A DNA stretch of 50,267 nucleotides from Patescibacteria group bacterium (GTDB taxonomy: Bacteria > Patescibacteriota > Patescibacteriia > Magasanikbacterales > UBA922): assembly GCA_018823045.1 (NCBI GenBank), contig JAHJIX010000011.1, positions 1 to 50,267 of the forward strand. The letters run 5' to 3'. The translations under genes were made by a program, and so were the position numbers. The notes beneath the pieces were generated by a model. That model worked only from the letters and a program-made list of their open reading frames with translations, was not told where the DNA came from and searched no databases. Position 1 is the stretch's first letter; each line of letters starts with the position of its first letter. Below, in pieces: positions 20,796-29,213 of the stretch.

Positions 20796-21038
20796 TTATA
20801 CATTTTTTGATTCTTTCAGCATGTTTGACCCACGGGTAACCGTTGCAATAGCCACACCTAATTCTTTTGCAATTTTTCTTTGTGAAATGCCCGCTTTTAA
20901 CATCTTGGTAATTTGCAAACGTATAACAACATCTTCGTACTCTGAAATAGTTAATATATCTTGCAAAAATAAATCCATTTCTTGTGGATCATTTATCTTG
21001 CAAAGCAATGCTAAAAATTCTTTTTTTTTCTTTTTCAT
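20796..21038 (-). CDS. trpR: TrpR-family repressor
   Basis: FLQDILTISE...RLQITKML.AG.SQRKIAKELGVAIATVTRGSNML, a TrpR/YerC-type HTH. Confidence 0.85.
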   Translation of the reverse strand: MKKKKKEFLALLCKINDPQEMDLFLQDILTISEYEDVVIRLQITKMLKAGISQRKIAKELGVAIATVTRGSNMLKESKNV

Positions 21039-21039
21039 A

Positions 21040-21087
21040 AAGGTACTTTTATACTAGTACCTTAGCCCAAAGACGATAATCTGTCAA
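21040..21087 (-). promoter_or_regulatory. TrpR operator overlapping the trpR promoter
   Basis: AAGGTACTTTTATACTAGTACCTT (21040-21063) fits GTACT-N8-AGTAC; minus-strand TTGACA(21087-82)-17-TAAGGT. Confidence 0.75.
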
Positions 21088-21117
21088 AGACATCTGTGCA
21101 TAATCCATATTGCGCAC

Positions 21118-21151
21118 AAAAAAACTGCCCGAAATTCCGAGCAGTTTTTTT
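21118..21151. terminator. Intrinsic terminator after pnp
   Basis: AAAAAAACTGCCCG-aaattc-CGAGCAGTTTTTTT. Confidence 0.8.
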
Positions 21152-21168
21152 AATATCTTTGTAAATGA

Positions 21169-23487
21169 TTATTCAGATTTTTTTCTTCCAAATAATCCTC
21201 GTTTTGGTTTTTCTTCTGCTGATGCTGTTTCAACAGGTGGCATAACAGCTGGTTTTGCTGCCGGTTGCGGTGCCATTGCTGCTTTATGCGCATCAACATG
21301 CACTGGTCTTGCCGGTGCTTTTGGTCTCTCTGCACGCTCTGGTCGTGGAAGTAAGGTTTTGATAGACAAATTTACTCGTCCTAAATTATCAATTTCTTTT
21401 ACTTTCACTTTTACTACATCACCTAATTTTAAGACATCTCCTGGTTTATTGGTTCTTTCCCATGCAATTTCACTTACATGCACTAAACCATCTTTTCCTG
21501 GAATCAAATTAACAAAGGCACCAAAGTCTTCTAAACGAACAACTTTTCCTTCATAAATTTCTCCCACTTCAATTTCTTTTACCAATTGTAAAATAATTTC
21601 TTTTGCTTGTTCCATTGCAGGGCCTGCTGTTGCGGTAATGAGTACTCGACCATCTTGTTCGATATCAATATCAACTCCTGTTTCTTCAATAATTTTCTTA
21701 ATTGTTTTTCCACCTGGCCCAATAACATCACCAATTTTTTCTGGATCAATTTTGATTGTTTCAATACGTGGTGCATGCTCAGAAAGATCTGCACGAGGAG
21801 AAGCAATGGCACTCTCCATAACAGATAAAATTTGCATACGTGCCTCTTTTGATTGTTTAACGGTTTGCTCTAAAATATCCATCGTCAATCCAAGTGTTTT
21901 CGTATCCATTTGCACAGCAGTCACACCATCTCGTGTTCCTGTAATTTTGAAATCCATTCCACCAGGACCATCTTCCACATCTTGTAAATCTGTTAAGACT
22001 TTCCAAGCTCCTGTTCCTTCTAAATCTGACGCAAGTCCCATTGCGATACCACACACTGGTTTTTTAAGTGGAACACCTGCTGCCATAAGAGACAAACTTG
22101 ATCCACAAGTTGACGCCATAGAGCTAGATCCATTTGATCCAAGCACTTCTGACACCACACGAATTGCATATGGAAAATCTTCTTCTGCAGGAAGCACAGG
22201 TTCTAGTGCTTTTTCTGCAAGTGCACCATGCCCAATAGCACGTCGTCCTGGTCCACGCATCCATCCTGTTTCACCATAAGTGTATGGTGCATCATTGTAA
22301 TGGTGCATGTAGCGTTTTATTCCATCTTCTTCCATGGTATCAAGTGTTTGTACATCTCCAGGTGCCCCTAAAGTAACAACTGACAATACTTGTGTATCTC
22401 CACGCATAAACATCGCTGAACCATGCACTCGTGGGAGTAAGTCTACATCTGCAAGTAACTCTCTAATCTCAGTAAGACTACGACCATCCAAACGCTGATC
22501 TTTTTCTAAAATACGTTTTGTAATTTCTTTTGATACATATAATTTGATATTTTTAAGGCCTGCATCATGCAATTCTTCATCAAATCCTTTTTCTGTTAAA
22601 TGCGCAGATGCTGCTTCTTTAATTGCATCAACCATAGCACTTCTTTCTGCACGTGAAATTTTTACTGCGTTAAAAATCATGTCATTGGCAACTGAAGAAA
22701 CAAATGCTTCTGTTGCTGCAACAACTGCTTCTTTTTGTACTTGCTCTTCTGTTTTATCTTCATCTTTTACTGCTGAAACACTTTTTTCTTTTCCAATGTC
22801 CGCACGTACTTTTTCCATTAAATCAAGTGCTGGTTGTAATTGTTCGGCTCCCCATTTCATTGCATCAAATAAAATCTCTTCTGGAACTTCTTTTGCTCCA
22901 GCTTCTACCATGATAATTTTTTCTGGAGTTCCTGAAACAACAAGATCAAGATCACTTGTTTCTGCAAGTTCTGTTCTTGTGACATTTAAAATAAATTCTC
23001 CTGTTTCTTTATTGCGTCCAATACGTGCTCCTGCAATTGGCCCTTTCCATTCAATATCTGAAATGAAGAGCGCTGTGCTCGCTGCAACGAGGGCCGTAAT
23101 AGTTGCATCATTTTCTCCGTCAATGGCCAACACAGTTAACACAATTTGAATTTCATTACGCACACTATCATCAAACAATGGACGAATAGAACGATCAATC
23201 AGGCGACCAGAAAGGATTGATTCATCTGTTGGACGACCTTCGCGTTTCATAAAACGGCTGCCTTTTATTTTTCCAGCCGCATATAGTTTTTCCTCAAAAT
23301 TAATTGATAACGGAAAATAGTCAATACTATCATTGACGCGTTTACTTTCTACTACTGTTGCAAGAATAACGGTTTCACCGTATTGTACAGTAACAGTTGC
23401 ATTCGTGAGCAGTGCATAACGACCAGTCTCGATCGTTAGTTCTCGGCCACCCCACTCGGTTGACCATTTTTTAATGTCTAAGGGCAT
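21169..23487 (-). CDS. pnp: Polyribonucleotide nucleotidyltransferase (PNPase)
   Basis: RLIDRSIRPLF, RAIGHGALA, SNGSSSMAS, DFKITGT, KH and S1 domains. Confidence 0.98.
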   Translation of the reverse strand: MPLDIKKWSTEWGGRELTIETGRYALLTNATVTVQYGETVILATVVESKRVNDSIDYFPLSINFEEKLYAAGKIKGSRFMKREGRPTDESILSGRLIDRSIRPLFDDSVRNEIQIVLTVLAIDGENDATITALVAASTALFISDIEWKGPIAGARIGRNKETGEFILNVTRTELAETSDLDLVVSGTPEKIIMVEAGAKEVPEEILFDAMKWGAEQLQPALDLMEKVRADIGKEKSVSAVKDEDKTEEQVQKEAVVAATEAFVSSVANDMIFNAVKISRAERSAMVDAIKEAASAHLTEKGFDEELHDAGLKNIKLYVSKEITKRILEKDQRLDGRSLTEIRELLADVDLLPRVHGSAMFMRGDTQVLSVVTLGAPGDVQTLDTMEEDGIKRYMHHYNDAPYTYGETGWMRGPGRRAIGHGALAEKALEPVLPAEEDFPYAIRVVSEVLGSNGSSSMASTCGSSLSLMAAGVPLKKPVCGIAMGLASDLEGTGAWKVLTDLQDVEDGPGGMDFKITGTRDGVTAVQMDTKTLGLTMDILEQTVKQSKEARMQILSVMESAIASPRADLSEHAPRIETIKIDPEKIGDVIGPGGKTIKKIIEETGVDIDIEQDGRVLITATAGPAMEQAKEIILQLVKEIEVGEIYEGKVVRLEDFGAFVNLIPGKDGLVHVSEIAWERTNKPGDVLKLGDVVKVKVKEIDNLGRVNLSIKTLLPRPERAERPKAPARPVHVDAHKAAMAPQPAAKPAVMPPVETASAEEKPKRGLFGRKKSE

Positions 23488-23528
23488 ATGTATACCTTGT
23501 TATAGAGTCTATTTATAATTAGACTCTC

Positions 23529-23598
23529 AGACTGGTCTAGAAGCGCTAGATCCTCTCACTCATTTATAGAGCGGATCTATATGTCTCTAGCCCAATCT
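23529..23598 (-). promoter_or_regulatory. Long hairpin in the pnp leader (candidate RNase III site)
   Basis: AGACTGGTCTAGA/TCTAGCCCAATCT outer stem and TAGATCC/GGATCTA inner stem. Confidence 0.55.
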
Positions 23599-23685
23599 TC
23601 TTATAAATAAAGAGATACCAACAATACATCAGTATTATTGAATACTATTTATTTACAAAGACTTGCTGCATAATAAGTCTGCAGA

Positions 23686-24258
23686 CTATGCTTGGTGTCT
23701 TTTTACTGCAGGAGCACGTTTTGTCTTTTTTCGTGCATCTGCAATTAAAAACTTTGCTTTGTTTTGACTCAAATCAATAAAGTCATCGACTTCTTCAATA
23801 AGACGGCTTGATGTTGTTTCACCAAATGCTACAACTTCTACTTGCTTTCCACTACTTTTTTGTAGATATTCAACCAATGGAAGATAATCTCCATCACCAG
23901 AGACAAGGATAATAGCATCTAAACTTTGTGCTAAACGAATAGCATCAACAGTTAAACCAACGTCCCAGTCAGCTTTTTTTAGCCCACTATTAAAAATTTG
24001 TAAGTCTTTTTCTCGTGTTTCAATTCCCAATTTATAGAGTGCCTCAAAAAAAGGAGTCTCATCTTGAGATTCTGTTCGTACCACATAGGCAATTGAACGA
24101 ATCAATTTTCTTCCAGCAACAGCTTCTTCAACGATATTACCAAAATTTACTTTACGACCAAATAAATTTTTTGCACTATAATATAAATTTTGAACATCAA
24201 TAAACACCCCAACGCGTTGTTCGGGGTGTTTTAAAGGATTTTTAACATTATTTTTCAT
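23686..24258 (-). CDS. NYN domain (LabA/DUF88) protein
   Basis: VFIDVQNLY, KADWDVGL, LVSGDGDY, DDFID. Confidence 0.92.
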   Translation of the reverse strand: MKNNVKNPLKHPEQRVGVFIDVQNLYYSAKNLFGRKVNFGNIVEEAVAGRKLIRSIAYVVRTESQDETPFFEALYKLGIETREKDLQIFNSGLKKADWDVGLTVDAIRLAQSLDAIILVSGDGDYLPLVEYLQKSSGKQVEVVAFGETTSSRLIEEVDDFIDLSQNKAKFLIADARKKTKRAPAVKRHQA

Positions 24259-24262
24259 TTTT

Positions 24263-24592
24263 TTATATTTCTGTTGCGTCTTCTTCAACAATTTTTTTTG
24301 TTTCTCCCTTTTTCAAAAATTGTTTTGCTTGTTTTAATTTCAATTTCTTCACTAATTCTTCGTATGATGCTGCATTTTCTTTTTGCAAGTAACGAAGTAA
24401 TCGACGACGTTGCCCTACTTTACGTAAGAGCCCACGACGTGATGAGTGATCTTTATGATGTGCTTTTAAATGTCCTGCTAATTCATCAATTTCTGTAGAT
24501 AAAATTGCAATTTGTACTTCTGTTGATCCAGTATCACCTTTATGTGTTTGATACTTTTTGATGACCTTATCTTTTTTATCTTTTGACAACAT
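24263..24592 (-). CDS. rpsO: 30S ribosomal protein S15
   Basis: HKGDTGSTEVQIAILS..HHKDHSSRRGLLRKVGQRRRLLRYL; start MLSKDKK. Confidence 0.96.
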   Translation of the reverse strand: MLSKDKKDKVIKKYQTHKGDTGSTEVQIAILSTEIDELAGHLKAHHKDHSSRRGLLRKVGQRRRLLRYLQKENAASYEELVKKLKLKQAKQFLKKGETKKIVEEDATEI

Positions 24593-24610
24593 ATCATGCA
24601 TCATGTTAAC

Positions 24611-24706
24611 AGGCACACAGTGGGCATGGCTACCGTGGTCTGCGCCCGAATAAACGGGACGATTTAAATATGTATATACTATAACAGACAATTGAGATAT
24701 TGTCAA
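24611..24706 (-). promoter_or_regulatory. rpsO promoter and structured 5' leader
   Basis: TTGACA(24706-01)-17-TATAGT; GC-rich stem GGGCGCAG...CTGTGTGCCT at 24647-24611. Confidence 0.6.
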
Positions 24707-24958
24707 TGTTTTTCTACCAAAATCAGCTTATTTAAGGCAAATTGACTGAATTACGCATTCTAGATATACTATGACTAATATAAACAAACAATTATGGATT
24801 CAAACACAAACTGTTTAGACAAAAAGATACAATTAATCAAACAAAACACGCCTAATCATACCAAAAAATTGAAGTGGATTGAAAAAAACATGGCTACCAA
24901 AAAAGACTTCCATACTATTCAGATAAAACTCAACAAAATAGCTCATCTATTACACCAA

Positions 24959-25072
24959 CGTCATTGCGAGGAGGCACGACGAAGCAATCCCATACATAAA
25001 TACATTAAACAATAGGTTAAGGAAACAAACGAAGAGATTGCCGCGGTGTGCTAACGCCACCTCGCAATGACG
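24959..25072. repeat. RPE/REP-like palindromic element (GTCATTGCG...CGCAATGAC type)
   Basis: CGTCATTGCGAGG..GAAGCAATC..GATTGC..CCTCGCAATGACG; related copy at 35606-35790. Confidence 0.8.
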
Positions 25073-25080
25073 TATATATA

Positions 25081-25593
25081 CTACTTAGTTGTCTTTTGTA
25101 TATACGCTAATTGTCCACTGACATACAATGCGGCTCCTAAAGCATCTGCAGCATCATCTTGCAAGCGTGTTTCTGGAAGTTTTAGCAACTTGGCCACCAT
25201 ATATTGCACTTGCTCTTTATGTGCCTGACCATATCCAGTTATCGCCTGTTTTATCTCTAAAGGGGTCGCTTCGTGTATATCAATACCTGCCTGATGTAAA
25301 GTTAGCAAAATAACTCCCCTCGCATGGCTCACATTCATCCCAGTTGTGACATTTTTTAAAAAAAATAATTCTTCAACACAAGCAATGCTTGGCTGATACA
25401 TATCTATAATCGTTTGCAAATCAGTTTGCACTTCTACTAAACGATCAACAAAAGAATTCTCTTTTGCCGTTTCAATACAGCCATGGGTCACATGCGTCCA
25501 CTGACTTCCAGATCCCTCAATAATGCCATAGCCCACCCGACCGAAACCAGGATCAATCCCTAAAATACGTTGTATTTTTTTTGTTTGTTTCAT
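25081..25593 (-). CDS. ruvC: Holliday junction resolvase RuvC
   Basis: ILGIDPG, VEELFF, ARGVI, IKQAITGYG.A.K.QV, DDAADAL. Confidence 0.96.
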   Translation of the reverse strand: MKQTKKIQRILGIDPGFGRVGYGIIEGSGSQWTHVTHGCIETAKENSFVDRLVEVQTDLQTIIDMYQPSIACVEELFFLKNVTTGMNVSHARGVILLTLHQAGIDIHEATPLEIKQAITGYGQAHKEQVQYMVAKLLKLPETRLQDDAADALGAALYVSGQLAYIQKTTK

Positions 25594-25603
25594 GAGATGA
25601 TGA

Positions 25604-26335
25604 CTAGATATTGGTATACATCTCTTTTACATCATCATTTTCATCAAAGGCTTCTTCTAGTTTATCAATTTTTTCTCTCACAACATCGTCTACATCCAGC
25701 AATTCTTTTGGCATCCATTCAAGTCCAGATTCCTCTGGTTCAATTCCCGCTTCCATCACCGCATCAAGCACCGTTTTGAGTGACTCTTTTGCCGTTAAAA
25801 TTTGCACAAATTCTCCATGATCTTTTACATCAGCCGCCCCTGCATCAATAAGCGCTAAGCTGAGTTCATCCAAATCTAATCCTTTTTCTTTCAGCATGTC
25901 TTTTGAAAATAAGATAGATCCTACATGGTCAAACTGCCATTGAACGGCTCCCGGACCACCCATAGAACCACCATATTTTGACAACAGATGTTTTACTTCA
26001 GACACTGTTCTATTTTTATTATCAGTGACGGTTTCAATCAATATTGCCACTCCATTTGGACCAAACCCTTCATACACGATTTCTTCAAAAATAACACCCT
26101 CTTTATCTTCACCAGTTCCACGTTTAATCGCGCGCTCAATATTATCTTTTGGCATGTTTGCTGCCTTTGCTCTCTCTACCGCTAGACGTAAGGAAAAATT
26201 CATATCAATATCCCCCCCACCTTGTTGTGCGGCAAGGGTGATTGCACGTAACATCTTTGTAAATAGACTACTGCGCGCTTTATCTGCTTTTCCTTTTTTA
26301 TGTTGAATTTTACTCCATTTATTATGTCCACTCAT
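25604..26335 (-). CDS. yebC: YebC/PmpR family protein
   Basis: MSGHNKWSKIQHKKG, NMPKDNIERAI, YEGFGP.G, TDNKNRT. Confidence 0.95.
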   Translation of the reverse strand: MSGHNKWSKIQHKKGKADKARSSLFTKMLRAITLAAQQGGGDIDMNFSLRLAVERAKAANMPKDNIERAIKRGTGEDKEGVIFEEIVYEGFGPNGVAILIETVTDNKNRTVSEVKHLLSKYGGSMGGPGAVQWQFDHVGSILFSKDMLKEKGLDLDELSLALIDAGAADVKDHGEFVQILTAKESLKTVLDAVMEAGIEPEESGLEWMPKELLDVDDVVREKIDKLEEAFDENDDVKEMYTNI

Positions 26336-26663
26336 AAGATAATCCCATATTAAGTATATACTCTTCTTTGAGTATAACGAGATTTATAGAATATTTCAAG
26401 GATTGTTTTTCTCACACAATTATGCTATAGTACATATATTCTTATTCTCTTCTCGATAGTCCTTACCCTTAGTACTCAGAATCTTTAAAGTATACACCCC
26501 CTAACTCAAAGTAAAGGGGAAAATCCAGAACCTCCATAGTGCGTCAAAGCCTCAACTGCCGACCAAAGCAGCAAAGACGAGTTTTTGTTTTTGGATTCCT
26601 GTGGCAACACACAGCACACAGGACTCCTCTAAGTATATTCCAAACAAAATCGAATGAAACATA

Positions 26664-26716
26664 CTATAAAGGATCCATCACGATCAAGTACAAATCACGT
26701 GATGGAAGCCGAGTTG
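26664..26716 (-). repeat. Spacer motif B: terminator-like hairpin with TGATTTGTACTTGAT apex
   Basis: Minus CAACTCGGCTTCCATCACGTGATTTGTACTTGATCGTGATGGATCCTTTATAG aligns with 31801-31853. Confidence 0.8.
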
Positions 26717-26881
26717 CTGTATTCCCTACAGCGGGGAGAAAGCTCGAATGATACCGATTACGTATGATACCCGCTTTCCTTTAAAGAACAATGCTCTGGA
26801 TTGACCTCCATCATGAGCAGTAAGGAAACTTCTTTTTATCTTGTGAAAGATTGGTAAAAGTTAGAAAACCATTTTGGAGAC

Positions 26882-27790
26882 TTAAAGTCTCCGTGCGATG
26901 GCAGCCTCCCGAACGGCCATCGCGTTTGAGCTGCTGGTGACATTGGCGATTTCCATCACCTGATCCACCAGCTCCTCAGCTCGGTCGCGGGACAAGTGAG
27001 GGCTCATCCCTTGTCCCTCGCGCAGATACCACTGCTTGGGGGAAAGGAGGGAGAACCCCTCATCCGCGACATTCTCCCGCCAACCGTCCTCGGGAAGGAC
27101 TTCCTCGTCCTCGCGACCAAGGTAGAGCTGGCGGGAGGCCTCCGGCATCCACGAGCGCATGCGCGCGTCGCAGTACCGGAGGCCCTTGACACTGATCTCA
27201 TCGTAGCCGAGCCGCCGAAGCTCGGGCAGGAATGAGAGATCGCTCACTCCTGCTATGTACGGGTGCGCGATCGGGAGCGCGCGCACACCGTACTCACGGG
27301 CCAGCTCGAGGGTCTTCAAGTGCTGCTGCACCGAAACACCCTCAACGTCGCCGTTACCAGAAATCCCAACAACCAAAAAGAGGTTAGGGATCTCGGCCAG
27401 GCGACGCATTTGCTGGCGGGAGACAGCCCACTTTGTGCAACAGGTCACGAGCTTGGCCCGACTCGCAACCTGCCCCAAGAAGTGCCAGAGCCACTTGTCA
27501 AGCTTTGGCCATAACGGATCTGTTATAGCCGTAAACCCGACAAAGTCGCCTTCAAGCACTCCCCAGGGGAATCGCAGGAATCGGTCCTGCGCCGCCGGGT
27601 CTTCCCCGATCCAAGGCGGCACGTTCACGTACGTGCACGCCTTGTTGATGCCCGCCACGGGATTGGCGTTCCATGTCCCGCGACGAGCATCGTGCTCGGT
27701 TATGAAGCAGTACTTGCATGCCACGGGGCACGCAGGCTTTCCTGCTTCAAATTTGAAGGCCGCCGAGCGGGCCTCCGTGATCTGAATCAC
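26882..27790 (-). CDS. Radical SAM protein (SPL-like fold), GC-rich
   Basis: CPVACKYC (CX3CX2C), TDP, TK, ISG, PYIAG strand motifs; SD AGGAGG before GTG start. Confidence 0.8.
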   Translation of the reverse strand: MIQITEARSAAFKFEAGKPACPVACKYCFITEHDARRGTWNANPVAGINKACTYVNVPPWIGEDPAAQDRFLRFPWGVLEGDFVGFTAITDPLWPKLDKWLWHFLGQVASRAKLVTCCTKWAVSRQQMRRLAEIPNLFLVVGISGNGDVEGVSVQQHLKTLELAREYGVRALPIAHPYIAGVSDLSFLPELRRLGYDEISVKGLRYCDARMRSWMPEASRQLYLGREDEEVLPEDGWRENVADEGFSLLSPKQWYLREGQGMSPHLSRDRAEELVDQVMEIANVTSSSNAMAVREAAIARRL

Positions 27791-27906
27791 TCTGACCTCC
27801 TGGCGGGGACTCCCCCGCCTTTTTTTTATTTTTTTGTTTTAAATTTGTCAGCACGACCGCGACGGACAATGTGGTGTCAGACGTCACGGCCGTGCTGAGA
27901 TGGCCC

Positions 27907-29082
27907 TCAGCGCTGGAGCATGTGCTCCAGGTCGGCGGGCGCGCAACCCACCGACGACCGGTCGGTGTAATGGTGCAGGATACAATACCTACACCCAAAA
28001 CACTTTTCGAGCTGGGCCGACCAAGGCCACCAGCTGTTGAGGCAGTGGAGGTTCGCACCCCCGACAGCCTCTTGGAGGACCTTAACGTGGCCCACGTCAA
28101 GCCCCCCTTCGTCAATCATCCCCGGCTTGACACACAAGGTGCCACCGAGGACGAACCGGCAGAAGGTGAGGTCCCCGAGGGTGCGCGCGTTGCGCACCAC
28201 GACGCGGGGCTGCCGCTCGACGTAACACGTCGTGCAGCAACTCTTGCAGTTCAGCCGCGTATCGCTGCTGAAGCTGCACGCCTTCTGCGGGGCAGGTTGG
28301 TACTCGAGATCGTAGCCCACCTGCCGGAGCCACGCGAGAATCTCAGGGTTGGGCTCGGTAGGACCACAGGTACCCCGAAGGGGACACTCGATCGCATCGC
28401 ATCGAACCAACTGAGGCGAACCCCAGTAGGGGTTGAAGGGCGAAGGACGCCCCGTGAGATAGCTCACGGCACAGTTCACTCGCGTGAACAAACGGATCCC
28501 ATTCTCACGGGCACACTCCATGACGAGGTCGAACCCCGTCATCTGCTTCACCCTCAAGACCCACTCAGTCCCTTCCTCAGGAGACATCTCCTCGATCAAG
28601 GAGGCATCCCCCCGGAACCCGCTCACGCAAGCGACCTCACACCCAGCCGCCTGGAGATTTTGAAAAATCTCCGTCAACACCTCCCTCGAGGTGTTGTAGG
28701 GCGGGGTTAAGGGACGGACGGCCGCAAAGGCCTTCACCCCCGCTTCCCGAAGGTTGCGGAGGGTAGTATAGCGGTGGGCGTGACCCACCTCCTCGAACGC
28801 CCGGCCGAGGCCGGAAACGCTCACCATCACAACCAGCCCGGGCAGGACCAACCTGGCCAAATCTGCGGCCCGCTGGGGACCGATGGCCCCCTTCGTGATG
28901 ATGCTCACCGGCCCGGTATGCCCGGTCTCGGCGAGCCGCTCGAGCTTCTCCATGGTATCACCCCACTGGAGGGTGGGGTCACCGTAGTAACAGTTGACGG
29001 AGACAGGCAGGGCCCGGAGGGCCTGCCCGACGATGGAGGTGGTGAGGTTGCGGGCGGAGTTGATGTTCTTGCTGTTGCTCAT
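27907..29082 (-). CDS. Cys-rich radical-SAM-like protein with the cluster motif at the C-terminus, GC-rich
   Basis: GDP, IITKG, VSVSG, RPLTP, VSGFRG strands; CKSCCTTC and C-terminal CFGCRYC; SD GAAAGGAG before ATG 29082. Confidence 0.75.
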   Translation of the reverse strand: MSNSKNINSARNLTTSIVGQALRALPVSVNCYYGDPTLQWGDTMEKLERLAETGHTGPVSIITKGAIGPQRAADLARLVLPGLVVMVSVSGLGRAFEEVGHAHRYTTLRNLREAGVKAFAAVRPLTPPYNTSREVLTEIFQNLQAAGCEVACVSGFRGDASLIEEMSPEEGTEWVLRVKQMTGFDLVMECARENGIRLFTRVNCAVSYLTGRPSPFNPYWGSPQLVRCDAIECPLRGTCGPTEPNPEILAWLRQVGYDLEYQPAPQKACSFSSDTRLNCKSCCTTCYVERQPRVVVRNARTLGDLTFCRFVLGGTLCVKPGMIDEGGLDVGHVKVLQEAVGGANLHCLNSWWPWSAQLEKCFGCRYCILHHYTDRSSVGCAPADLEHMLQR

Positions 29083-29213
29083 GATATCTCCTTTCAAGAG
29101 AATTGAGCGTACTAAACGCATCCACAACGGATACGTTCATATATACTTTTTTTTAAAAATATACATAAACGTATCAGGATAGTGTCCTTTTGACACTATC
29201 CTTGAGATACAAT

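Noticed and set aside
21110-23149. Long plus-strand ORFs (148, 213 and 201 aa) opposite pnp
   Set aside because: Antisense shadows of a conserved gene.
24794-25015. 73-aa plus-strand ORF
   Set aside because: Its 3' third is read through a palindromic repeat (RHCEEARRSNP) and there is no recognisable domain; it may be a remnant but is unsupported.
27255-28710. Plus-strand ORFs of 176 and 279 aa
   Set aside because: Shadow ORFs caused by high GC3 of the minus-strand radical-SAM-like genes, which have SD sites and motifs.
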